A program made the position numbers and the translations under genes. A DNA stretch of 64,000 nucleotides from an uncultured Candidatus Saccharibacteria bacterium. Lineage in GTDB: Bacteria; Patescibacteriota; Minisyncoccia; Phycocordibacterales; UBA9973. Positions 1-8,886 of the stretch are shown here, piece by piece. The DNA is taken from contig CAZXCN010000002.1 in NCBI GenBank assembly GCA_964639185.1, forward strand, positions 30,409 through 94,408. Reading direction: 5' to 3'. The first letter of the stretch is position 1. Every line of letters starts with the position of its first letter. The notes below the pieces were generated by a model. The model worked only from the letters and a program-made list of their open reading frames with translations. It was not told where the DNA came from and searched no databases.

Positions 1-1012
1 TACCATTTCTTTGCTTCAGCTTTCTTATTATTAATTGGTTTTGTGTCAATTATTTTAAATACTGTTATCTGAGCAGGGGCTACGATATAACGACCCCATT
101 CACAAACTAAATTTGGGTGAGGGACACCTCTTTTTTCAGCTTCAACTTTTATAAGCTTTAATATCTTCTCCATTAATTTATCTACAGGGTAACCCTTCTT
201 TCTTGTGTATGGTATTGGCATACCCCCACCAATATCCAGAGTATCGAGTGATGGATTGATCTCTTTTAATTTGAAATACACATCTAAAGCGTATTTTATT
301 GGACCTAATACATCGGACAATTTCTCGATTTGTGAACCTATGTGATAGTGCAGGATTTTTAGATTCTTGAATTTACCCATTTCCAATATTTCCTTTGCAC
401 CGAAACCAAATCGGTCGATAGCTTTGTTCCAATACGATTCAGCTTTTACTGGCATGTCTAGGCGAATACCCACATCGTATTTAGAGTGCTGTAGGAATTT
501 TAATTCATTTGGCCCTTCGATAAGAGGAAAGACTTTAACACCTTTGTGTTGCAAGTCGTCGATAAGATTTATGTATTTGTCAGTCTTTGGACCAGAGCAA
601 AGTATGCGTATTTCAGGATTAAATTTTTCCTGCTCAAGCATCTTTTTTATTAAATACAAATCATTGTAAGATGAAGTTTCCAAATGCGCGCCCTCACCTA
701 CTATAGACATTACTATCTCCTTGTTCTGGTTTACCTTCATTGGGTAATGGTAAAAGAATTTACCTTTGTAGCCCACTTTCTTTGATAAAACTTGTGTAAG
801 GTCTAGGAAATCCTCGAGTCTTTCCTCCACTACGAATGGTAAAAGTATTTCGAGTGAAGTACCGAATTTATCCGCAAGATATCGCACATTGTAAATATTG
901 TGCCCTTCTTTGATTATCAAGTCACCCTCCTTGCTGTAATCAAAATATTGAGTATTGAACTCGGTAGCCCCAAGCTTCCAAAGTTTACGTGAACTAACTG
1001 ATTTTTTGGTCA
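1..1012 (-). CDS. speA: Biosynthetic arginine decarboxylase (SpeA-like, PLP-dependent Orn/DAP/Arg decarboxylase family); N-terminal ~337 aa only, C-terminus lies beyond the left window edge
   Basis: I translated the minus strand by hand from the ATG at 1010-1012 to position 1 with no stop. The product starts MTKKSVSSRKLWKLGATEFNTQYFDYSKEGDLIIKEGH, matching the SpeA N-terminal pattern (YNIDGWGAPYF..G). It also has YPMKVNQNKEIV (cf. YPIKVNQ), HYHIGSQI and DIGGGMPIPY, which are Orn/DAP/Arg decarboxylase hallmarks. It is absent from the ORF track because it runs off the edge. Confidence 0.7.
367..669 (+). other. Track ORF antisense to speA; judged spurious
   Basis: Lies entirely inside the well-supported speA reading frame on the opposite strand and has no recognisable motifs. 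Confidence 0.1.
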
Positions 1013-1109
1013 TTTCTAATTATGGTGTATAGGTATCTCAACCCTCACACGATAAAATAATAATACGATAATCATAGCAGAATGTGGTAAGATGTAAAGA
1101 GTTATTCAT

Positions 1110-1147
1110 TAAAAAAAACAGTTGCGGTGTAATATAGCAACTGTTTT
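1110..1147 (-). terminator. Rho-independent terminator downstream of the epimerase-like gene
   Basis: Hairpin aacagttgc / gcaactgtt with an 11-nt loop. It is followed by a T-tract on the minus-strand transcript. Confidence 0.6.
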
Positions 1148-1164
1148 AATACTAAATCTAAGTT

Positions 1165-2277
1165 TTATGTAAACAATGATTGACCTGATACAGATAAGTC
1201 TGAATTTATATAACCAAGATCTTTCGTTTCAATAACATTAAAATAACTGAAGAAATCATGAGTAATAAAGTTCTGACTTAAGGCAAAAGCCAAATTGTAT
1301 TCAATACCAAGCTTCCCATGAAGCATGCTGCCCAACATTACCTTTCTACCAGAAGACTCAGCAATTTTAATGATTTCAAGGGCTTTTAATATTCCACCAG
1401 TTTTAGCAAGTTTAATATTAAAACAATCAGCAAGATTATTTTGGCAAAAATAGTTTGCTTCAAGAGGCGTATGCAGTGATTCATCTGCCATCAATAAAAC
1501 ATCAGTACCTGCTTGTAAATACCCCATTCCAGCTAAATCATCTTTAGCAAGTAATTGCTCAGCCCAAGAAATGTCTACGTCAGCGATCTTTTCTAGAAAA
1601 ACCAATGCGTCTTTGTATTTCGTAAAAGCTTGATTGGCGTCAATGGAGATACTTACTTTAGAATCCAATGCTCTACAGTAATGAAGAACTTCAGATTCTA
1701 AGGGTAGATCAATGCCAACTTTGAATTTTATAAATTTCGGATGATGCTTTTTAAATATCTCATCAACACTTTGTTTATACAATTCAAAAGTTTTTTTCAT
1801 TGGAACGGTAATTTGAATAAAAACTTCCTTGTTTTTACTATCACCACCAAGAATTTCAGTTAGGTTTTTACCTGTTTTTTGGCTCAAGATATCAAACAAT
1901 GCTTGTTCTACCCCACATAGTAAACCAGTATTGTGGCTTATATTCAAGCGACAATATTTCATAATATTTTGTATATCTTTTAGTGTAGAAACACTATCAA
2001 AGTTATTAAAAATATAGTTGAGTATTGATTCAAAACCGTAGGCTCCACTCTGTATCTCGCCGTTAATATCAACAGCATGAGCTATCTCTCCATGACCTTC
2101 CATACCTTCAGAGTCAGTAATAGTGATTTTTGAATAAGGTAGAAATTCCAAAGTATCTAAGAAATACTTGAAAGGAGAAGTGAGCATGATATCATTTTTT
2201 CTTATCTTGCATGTCATTTTTGTTTCCATTTTTTTATTATAATTAGCAAATTTATTTTTAAATATTATATCACACAA
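1165..2277 (-). CDS. Enolase-superfamily enzyme, MLE subgroup (L-Ala-D/L-Glu dipeptide epimerase-like; OSBS/N-succinyl-amino-acid racemase not excluded)
   Basis: KFKVG (KxK), SIDANQA (metal-binding Asp), WAEQ (metal-binding Glu), MADESL (metal-binding Asp) and NIKLAKTGG (second catalytic Lys) occur in the order expected for the MLE subgroup. The true start is probably an internal Met (METKMTCK... or MLTSPF...). Confidence 0.55.
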   Translation of the reverse strand: MCDIIFKNKFANYNKKMETKMTCKIRKNDIMLTSPFKYFLDTLEFLPYSKITITDSEGMEGHGEIAHAVDINGEIQSGAYGFESILNYIFNNFDSVSTLKDIQNIMKYCRLNISHNTGLLCGVEQALFDILSQKTGKNLTEILGGDSKNKEVFIQITVPMKKTFELYKQSVDEIFKKHHPKFIKFKVGIDLPLESEVLHYCRALDSKVSISIDANQAFTKYKDALVFLEKIADVDISWAEQLLAKDDLAGMGYLQAGTDVLLMADESLHTPLEANYFCQNNLADCFNIKLAKTGGILKALEIIKIAESSGRKVMLGSMLHGKLGIEYNLAFALSQNFITHDFFSYFNVIETKDLGYINSDLSVSGQSLFT

Positions 2278-2330
2278 AATAATAAAAGCAAGTTATTGTG
2301 TAATCTACCCAAAGTGATATATTTATAAAT

Positions 2331-3035
2331 ATGAAAGATAAAAAAATTATTGGAATTCTTGGGGGGATGGGTCCTGCTGTCACTGTAGATTTTTTTGGTG
2401 ATATAATAAGGATGTCACAGGAAAAATACGGTGCTGAGCAAGACACTGATTTTCCTAAAATTTATTTATACAATACTGCTCTGGAAGGATTTACTGAGAC
2501 TGGTTTTGCAGACATGGATCTGGTTAAAAAACAACTTATTGATGATGTTAAAAAGCTTGAGAGCTGGGGGGCAGATTTTATTGTAATGCCCTGTAACACG
2601 GTGCATCATTTTGTAGACGAACTCAGAGCCTCAATTGCAATTCCTCTCATAAGTATTGTTGAATCAACTATCTCAGAAGCAACAAAGGCAGAGTATAAAA
2701 AAATAGGAGTGATCTCATCAGCCAGCACGCGACATCTTGGTTTGTATGAACAAAAATTAAAAAATGAAAATATAGAATGCATTATTGCTACAGATAACGA
2801 ACAGCAATTACTTGATAATGTTATTTTGTCAGTAATGAGTGGAAAACAAGGTTCCCGAGAAGAAGAAACATTGCAAACAATAATTGAAAGAATGAAAAAT
2901 GATGGTGCTGAAGCAGTAATATTAGGCTGCACTGAATTACCTTTGGCTATTAATAAAGATCGTGCTTCAATACCTCTATTGAATACCATCAAAATCCTCG
3001 CTCAAAGAGCTGTAGAGTATAGTTTTGGCAAATAA
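2331..3035 (+). CDS. Asp/Glu/hydantoin racemase family protein (aspartate racemase-like)
   Basis: GILGGMGP at the N-terminus. Two catalytic-Cys contexts are present, IVMPCNTVHHF and ILGCTELPL. Confidence 0.6.
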   Translation: MKDKKIIGILGGMGPAVTVDFFGDIIRMSQEKYGAEQDTDFPKIYLYNTALEGFTETGFADMDLVKKQLIDDVKKLESWGADFIVMPCNTVHHFVDELRASIAIPLISIVESTISEATKAEYKKIGVISSASTRHLGLYEQKLKNENIECIIATDNEQQLLDNVILSVMSGKQGSREEETLQTIIERMKNDGAEAVILGCTELPLAINKDRASIPLLNTIKILAQRAVEYSFGK

Positions 3036-3066
3036 AAAAACTTCCGGTTAAGAAAGTTTTTTTTAT
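3034..3066. terminator. Bidirectional hairpin between convergent racemase and VanX-like genes
   Basis: aaaaaaacttccggttaagaaagtttttttt, an imperfect stem flanked by A- and T-tracts. Confidence 0.45.
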
Positions 3067-3084
3067 TTTTTTAAAAAATACAAA

Positions 3085-3819
3085 TTAATTTATGGTTTGA
3101 AAATTGAGCTGGCTATAAATAGCGTGAGGTTTATCGTAAAACCAGGCCCATTCTTTGTCGCCATATGAAAAGTGCCACCATTCTCCATAAAATGGAGCAA
3201 ATTCTTCGGCAACCATCAAGTCGTGAAGTAATTCCCTGTTATGTTTTTGTGTCTCGGTCAGATAAGGACAGAATGTTTTGATTTCTTCTGTTTTAGAAAA
3301 ATCAGCATATTCTGTTCCCATGTCCAAGTCACCATCAGGGGTTGTAATAGTAATATCCACGGCTCCCCCGGTCGGATGTCCTGCAGTTTCAGGGTTAGCT
3401 GTTTGTGTGTTTGCTAATTCATTTAGGTCCTCTTCATCCATCATTAGATGAATTTTTCGTAGATCTTCTTTTCTTTTTAGAAAACGATCTTTTTGAATTT
3501 CCAAATGACGATATCCGTACACAATTTTCAGTTTATGATCAGGAAGTATTGATTGTAATGTGTTAGAAATTCGTGAAAGCTTTTCAGCAACACTTTTTCT
3601 GACCCAAAGATCATTTCCGACATACCGTATCATGTCTTGTGATTGGGGTAAATACACACATACACAATTTTTTAGCAGTTCAGAGATGTTGACCATCTCT
3701 TCATTAGATTCTACAGTCAGAACGATTTTAAGGTCTGAGTAGTTGGCAATTTTTAAAGCATCAGTTTTCATTTCTTTAAGAATTAATCGTGAGGGTTGTT
3801 TAAAAAAATCCAAGCACAA
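3085..3819 (-). CDS. D-Ala-D-Ala dipeptidase, VanX/DdpX-like (peptidase M15D)
   Basis: The zinc-ligand context HPTGGAVDI and the C-terminal EWWHFSYGD motif are present. The probable start is the internal MKTDALK at about 3771, which would remove the 37-nt overlap with the GNAT gene. Confidence 0.6.
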   Translation of the reverse strand: MCLDFFKQPSRLILKEMKTDALKIANYSDLKIVLTVESNEEMVNISELLKNCVCVYLPQSQDMIRYVGNDLWVRKSVAEKLSRISNTLQSILPDHKLKIVYGYRHLEIQKDRFLKRKEDLRKIHLMMDEEDLNELANTQTANPETAGHPTGGAVDITITTPDGDLDMGTEYADFSKTEEIKTFCPYLTETQKHNRELLHDLMVAEEFAPFYGEWWHFSYGDKEWAWFYDKPHAIYSQLNFQTIN

Positions 3820-4364
3820 TTAGCAGCCAAAGGGCAGCAACTACATTCATCTTTTTTGGTAGTGCATCGTAAGCACAATTGATCAATAAGATCGGCGTAG
3901 TGCTCTGGGTCGTCTTCCATAAGAGAACCTCCAAGTCTGACAAAAGCTTTTTGGACTATCTCATTACTACTAATACTTACCGGAACCCAATTTTGTTTTT
4001 TAGCGAAAATTAATCTTTCTTCAATTAATTGTGTGCCTATCCCCTGATTTCTGTATTCAGGTAAAACAAAATTTGTCCCTATTTCAACAACTTTTCTTCC
4101 TTTAAAATAAGGTTCTGATTGATTCCATGTTCTTGGTAAAAAGATACCAGCTGCTCCTATTAAATATCCTTCGTCAAAAGCAAATGTTGCCATCAAAAGA
4201 GTACTCTTTATTTCCTCCATAGACAAGGTAAGCATGTGTTTCTCTTGTTCTGTCTTTTCAGACCACCACAAAAGTTTTTCATTGAAAATTAGATCTTCTT
4301 CTTCTTGCCTTCGTCGATTAGTAAGGTCAAGGATTTGCGTGGAGATTTGGGTAGCTACTTTCAT
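3783..4364 (-). CDS. GNAT family N-acetyltransferase with a Cys-rich C-terminal tail
   Basis: Acetyl-CoA binding motif RNQGIGTQLIEE. The C-terminus is CLRCTTKKDECSCCPLAANC. Confidence 0.55.
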   Translation of the reverse strand: MKVATQISTQILDLTNRRRQEEEDLIFNEKLLWWSEKTEQEKHMLTLSMEEIKSTLLMATFAFDEGYLIGAAGIFLPRTWNQSEPYFKGRKVVEIGTNFVLPEYRNQGIGTQLIEERLIFAKKQNWVPVSISSNEIVQKAFVRLGGSLMEDDPEHYADLIDQLCLRCTTKKDECSCCPLAANCAWIFLNNPHD

Positions 4365-4439
4365 ATTACTTTTTTAATGTTTTATATAATTAAATCATAA
4401 AAGGTAATATCTAGCAAGAGAAGTTATTAACTGTTATTT

Positions 4440-5342
4440 TTATTTCAAAAATGCCTGCAAGACATCTTGAGCTAAAGCCACAGTCTCTACTGCCCCAGAT
4501 TTTCTAGGATTTACCTCAACAAGATCGATCGAAATGATCTTTCCGCTCTGTTTTAAGGTTTCAATGATATCAAAAATCATTTCTTTATTGAATCCATCAT
4601 GATTCGGAGTTCCAGTTGCACTAACCAATGCAGTCTTGAACACATCAATATCAAATGAGATATGGATTAAATCGTGTTGATTACAGAAATTAAGGATGTG
4701 TGTGTATGAATCATTTTTGAGCTCTGGTTCAAACTTTTTAGATGAGAATACAGGCACTTTATTTTTTGAAAGGAAGTCAATTTCTTCCTCTTCGAGCAAT
4801 AGATTACCAATAAAGAGTAACTGGTCTGTATTTAAAGATATATCAATAGTGTTCTTGATCTGTGTATCATCATACACATCCCAAAATGGACGCAACCACA
4901 TCCCATGATAATTACCGGTCGGACTTGTTTTTTTTAAATGCAGATCTCCATGCGAATCAAACATAATGACTCCTACTTTCTTATCTATATTCATTTTCAA
5001 GACTGATAAGAGCGATGAACTTGCAATACTGTGATCTCCACCGACCGTTACAATAAAATTTCTATCTTTATTAGTATATTCTTTTCGGATTGTTTCAGAT
5101 AATTGCCGTATTTCGCGTGCCATCTGTGGGTAGTATTGATGATCTACTACATTTTCAGGTAATGAGAAATCAAAATCAATTATCTCAGCTTTCTCAATAG
5201 TATTTAAAAAATCCGGAGTCAGTATTTCATCAGGCCCATACTCAACCCCAAAATTTAGTTCTGTGCCCCCAATAGGGATATATTTCATTCCAAATCTTGA
5301 TCTGGCTTTAACAATAAGAATTCTTTTATCCATAAATAACAT
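4440..5342 (-). CDS. Arginase/agmatinase-family ureohydrolase (agmatinase SpeB-like)
   Basis: GGDHSIA, FDSHGDLH and SFDIDVF correspond to the three Mn-binding motifs. The second is a DSHGD variant of the canonical DAHxD. The speA in the same cluster supports an agmatinase call. Confidence 0.6.
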   Translation of the reverse strand: MLFMDKRILIVKARSRFGMKYIPIGGTELNFGVEYGPDEILTPDFLNTIEKAEIIDFDFSLPENVVDHQYYPQMAREIRQLSETIRKEYTNKDRNFIVTVGGDHSIASSSLLSVLKMNIDKKVGVIMFDSHGDLHLKKTSPTGNYHGMWLRPFWDVYDDTQIKNTIDISLNTDQLLFIGNLLLEEEEIDFLSKNKVPVFSSKKFEPELKNDSYTHILNFCNQHDLIHISFDIDVFKTALVSATGTPNHDGFNKEMIFDIIETLKQSGKIISIDLVEVNPRKSGAVETVALAQDVLQAFLK

Positions 5343-5403
5343 ATGATTATATAAATATTATACCATGAATTTAAATAAATTAAAAGCTAAGATCGTAATA
5401 AAA

Positions 5404-5428
5404 AAAAGGTTCCGATTGGAACCCTTTT
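5404..5428 (-). terminator. Terminator after argS
   Basis: ggttcc gatt ggaacc hairpin flanked by A/T tracts. Confidence 0.6.
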
Positions 5429-5439
5429 CTGGTTGTTTA

Positions 5440-7197
5440 TTACATTTTTTCAGGTATTTTTATACCCAAGAGATTTAAGCCTAACTCTATAACTTCATTA
5501 ACAGCCACTGATATAGCTAATCCAGTAACATTATTATCACTCACAATATTTACTGTAGTGTAGTAATAATTATACTCACGACAGAGTTTGATCAGATAAT
5601 TTGCAATAGGACCGGTCGTGTAGTTCCTGCGTGCATTTTCTAAGGATTCAAAAAATCCTTCTAATACGCGTAAAACTTCCCTGCCAGCGTCATTTAATGG
5701 CAAAAAATAAACTGTTACTGGTACAATCATGTTTTGTTTAGAGGCTTTTTGCATCAAAGATCTTATTCTTACTGCAGTGTATTGTACATATGGACCGGAA
5801 TCCCCTGTCATGTTCAGTATTTTTTCCCATGAAAAATTAATGTCTGCTTCTGGATTCCTCACAAGATCGTTGAATTTCAATGCACCTATTGCGATAATTT
5901 CCGCAGATGTGCGGTCACCATTACAGAGTGTCAATGCTTTCTCAACAGCCTCATCCAATACTTCTTCAAGCCAAATAACATTACCCTTACGGGTACTCAT
6001 TTTACCATCTGGAAAGCGATACAACCCATGCTTAATGTGAATACGTTGGCCTTTTTCAAAATAGCCCAACATTTGTTCAGCCATGTAAATCTGTTCGAAA
6101 TATTGCTTTTGTTCCATTCCAACTTCATTAATAATGATAACATCAGGACCGTATCGTTTTAAGCGATATAGATCTGTTGCTAAATCACGTGTTGAGTACA
6201 ATGTAGACCCATCATTTTTACGAACCATCAATGGTGGTAACACCTCGTCTGGAAATCGAACAATGAAAGCACCTTCACTTTCTTCACCAATTCCCTTTTC
6301 CTTCATGTCGGTGAATATAAATTTCATTTTATCCTCAAAGAAGCTTTCGCCTAAATAAGTATCAAATGTTACCCCTAACCGATCATAAATTTTGGTAAAT
6401 TCTACCATTGATAAATCAACACAGAATTTCCATAGTTTTCGTGCCTCAGCATCGCCACCTTCAAGCTTCACAAACCATTCACGGGCTTCGGTAATGAGAG
6501 TAGCGTCTTCATCTGCAGTTCCTTCTTTGATTTCCTCATGAAATTTTTGATATAGAAGAACCAAATCTTTTACTGGGTTTTCTGAACTTTTTATTAATTC
6601 AACATCACCCCATTTTTTCAAGGCTACAATCATTTTTCCAAATTGTGTCCCCCAATCGCCAAGGTGATTATCACGAACAACACTGTATCCGCAATGCAAA
6701 AGGATTTGAGCGATACTGTCACCGATAATCGTCGAACGTAGATGTCCAATAGTAAAAGGTTTTGCGATGTTGGGTGAAGAATATTCAACCACATGTACCC
6801 TCGAATCATCAACAAATTGTGAACAATATTTTTGTTTCTCGTTCAAAATTTTAGTAAGATTTTCCAGTAATGAATAATCCGATAAACTAATGTTGATAAA
6901 TCCAGGTTTTGCAACCGTAATAGTACACATCCGAGCATCTAAATTATCCCTCAATCGTTTGGCTATTTCTTCGGCTATTATCATCGGAGCTTTCTTGTAT
7001 CTCCTGGCAAGTGATAAAGCAATTTCAGAAGCATAGTCACCATGATTTAAGTCTGCTTTCTTTACACCATAGGTCTTGTCTTCGGACACGTAACCCACTT
7101 CTCCCAAAGCTTTTTGGAAGGCTGTTTTTAATACTTCTCCTGTTTTCATGTTAATGTATGTTTGACCACATAGTAACAAACATTTCAAGTAAGTCAA
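5440..7197 (-). CDS. argS: Arginyl-tRNA synthetase
   Basis: SSPNIAKPFTIGHLRS (HIGH-type motif in an ArgRS context) and MSTRKG (the ArgRS KMSK variant). ArgRS N-terminal domain. Start likely at the internal MKTGEV. Confidence 0.85.
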   Translation of the reverse strand: MTYLKCLLLCGQTYINMKTGEVLKTAFQKALGEVGYVSEDKTYGVKKADLNHGDYASEIALSLARRYKKAPMIIAEEIAKRLRDNLDARMCTITVAKPGFINISLSDYSLLENLTKILNEKQKYCSQFVDDSRVHVVEYSSPNIAKPFTIGHLRSTIIGDSIAQILLHCGYSVVRDNHLGDWGTQFGKMIVALKKWGDVELIKSSENPVKDLVLLYQKFHEEIKEGTADEDATLITEAREWFVKLEGGDAEARKLWKFCVDLSMVEFTKIYDRLGVTFDTYLGESFFEDKMKFIFTDMKEKGIGEESEGAFIVRFPDEVLPPLMVRKNDGSTLYSTRDLATDLYRLKRYGPDVIIINEVGMEQKQYFEQIYMAEQMLGYFEKGQRIHIKHGLYRFPDGKMSTRKGNVIWLEEVLDEAVEKALTLCNGDRTSAEIIAIGALKFNDLVRNPEADINFSWEKILNMTGDSGPYVQYTAVRIRSLMQKASKQNMIVPVTVYFLPLNDAGREVLRVLEGFFESLENARRNYTTGPIANYLIKLCREYNYYYTTVNIVSDNNVTGLAISVAVNEVIELGLNLLGIKIPEKM

Positions 7198-7205
7198 TAT
7201 AAAGA

Positions 7206-7239
7206 AAAATAGTCCTAGGTAATGCCTAGGACTATTTTT
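7206..7239 (-). terminator. Terminator after dnaJ, upstream of argS
   Basis: aaaatagtcctagg taatg cctaggactatttt, a 14-bp perfect stem. Confidence 0.65.
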
Positions 7240-7383
7240 AATCTATGTAGTATCCTAACTTTAATAATTAGTAATATCTTTATTTCAAAGTTTTCTTAAA
7301 CTATTGTCATTTATGAAATAAAATATGGTTGTAATATCTTCCTGAAAGTATTATTCTTTTTGCATACTCATAGAAAAGAGTAA

Positions 7384-8475
7384 TTATAGGCCTTCTTCTT
7401 TCAATTTCTCTATTGCTTCTTTTGCTTTCTTGGAAATTTTGTTTGGCATCTTGATCTGGATACGTAGGATAATATCACCACGGCGGGAGCCACCTTGTGG
7501 TACACCCTTGCCTTTTACTCGGAGTAGTTCACCATGACCAATACCTTCGGGAATTATTACTTCGAGCTTGCCATCAAGCGTTGTAAGCTCGTATTTCATA
7601 CCTAGGAGAGCGTCTGAGAGCTTTATTGGTAATTCCATGGTTAGGTTGGCACCATCACGCTTGAATGTATTGTGGGGCTTTACATTGATTTTGATATATA
7701 AATCTCCCGATTGGCCACCTTTTACTGCTTCACCTATGCCTGTCATGCGGATCATCTCGCCATTATTTATACCTGCTGGTATATTGACTTCTATTTCAGA
7801 TTGTTTACGATTCACACCTGCACCTTTACACTCACCACATTTTTCATCAGCGATTTTACCAGTAGCTTCACATTTATTACATTCAACTACTGTTTGAAAT
7901 GTGCCAAGTATCGAGCGCTTCATCTCGCGGACTTTACCTTGCCCATTACAAGTTGTACAGGTATTCATTTTTGTACCCTTTTTTGCCCCACTACCTGAAC
8001 AAATATCACAATTGGACTGTTTGGTTATTAGTATTTTGCGATTTACACCAAAGATAGATTCCTCGAAAGAAATATATAGTTCGGTAGATATGTCACGACC
8101 ACGACGTGATTGTGCACGCCCGCGACCACCCCCAAAGAAGTCTCCAAATATATCGCCGAGGTCACCCATATCAAATTCGACACCATTACCATTTTGGAAT
8201 CCTGAAAAGTCGAATCCTCCAAATCCGCCTTGTTGTCCGTAACCTTGGCTACCACCAAATCCTTGCGGCCCTTCACTTCCAAATTGATCGTATTGCGCAC
8301 GTTTTGTATCATCAGAGAGTGTCTGATAAGCCTGATTGACCTCCTTGAACTTGCTATCATCGCCCTTATTTTTATCCGGGTGATATTTATGAGCAAGCTT
8401 ATGAAAAGCCTTTTTGATTTCGTCTTTTGTAGCGCTTTTATTCACGCCTAATGTTTCGTAGTAATCTTTTGCCAT
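7384..8475 (-). CDS. dnaJ: Chaperone DnaJ
   Basis: J-domain with HPDKN, a G/F-rich linker and four CxxCxGxG zinc-finger repeats. Confidence 0.9.
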   Translation of the reverse strand: MAKDYYETLGVNKSATKDEIKKAFHKLAHKYHPDKNKGDDSKFKEVNQAYQTLSDDTKRAQYDQFGSEGPQGFGGSQGYGQQGGFGGFDFSGFQNGNGVEFDMGDLGDIFGDFFGGGRGRAQSRRGRDISTELYISFEESIFGVNRKILITKQSNCDICSGSGAKKGTKMNTCTTCNGQGKVREMKRSILGTFQTVVECNKCEATGKIADEKCGECKGAGVNRKQSEIEVNIPAGINNGEMIRMTGIGEAVKGGQSGDLYIKINVKPHNTFKRDGANLTMELPIKLSDALLGMKYELTTLDGKLEVIIPEGIGHGELLRVKGKGVPQGGSRRGDIILRIQIKMPNKISKKAKEAIEKLKEEGL

Positions 8476-8481
8476 ATTTTT

Positions 8482-8865
8482 TTATAATGGAAACCATTTG
8501 TTGCTTGTGATCATTATAGATATAATAATCAAGCCTAATATAATGAAAAAAAATAATCTTGATAATTTTTTTTCATTTTTATTTTTTAATTTAGTCTTCT
8601 CTGTTTCTATTTCTACTTGAGTTAATTCCGTAACTTTTGATTTGTACAACCTTTGTATAAATAAATAGGCAATTAAACTAATGGGTATAAAAACATAAAG
8701 TATGCGTATTCCTGAGTTAAGATATATACGCCCATAATATGCACAGAAAATCAAAACACCTATGGAGCCTAGCCAATAAAAAAGATTCCTGAAAGTAGCA
8801 TTCTTTTTCCAGACTAAGTTAAATTTTACAGTCTCTTCTAGATATTTATCGGGAGTCATATGCAA
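8482..8865 (-). CDS. Hypothetical small membrane protein (about 3 TM helices) between dnaK and dnaJ
   Basis: Hydrophobic segments. No recognisable motif. Confidence 0.35.
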   Translation of the reverse strand: MHMTPDKYLEETVKFNLVWKKNATFRNLFYWLGSIGVLIFCAYYGRIYLNSGIRILYVFIPISLIAYLFIQRLYKSKVTELTQVEIETEKTKLKNKNEKKLSRLFFFIILGLIIISIMITSNKWFPL

Positions 8866-8886
8866 AGAATTATAACATATATTCCC

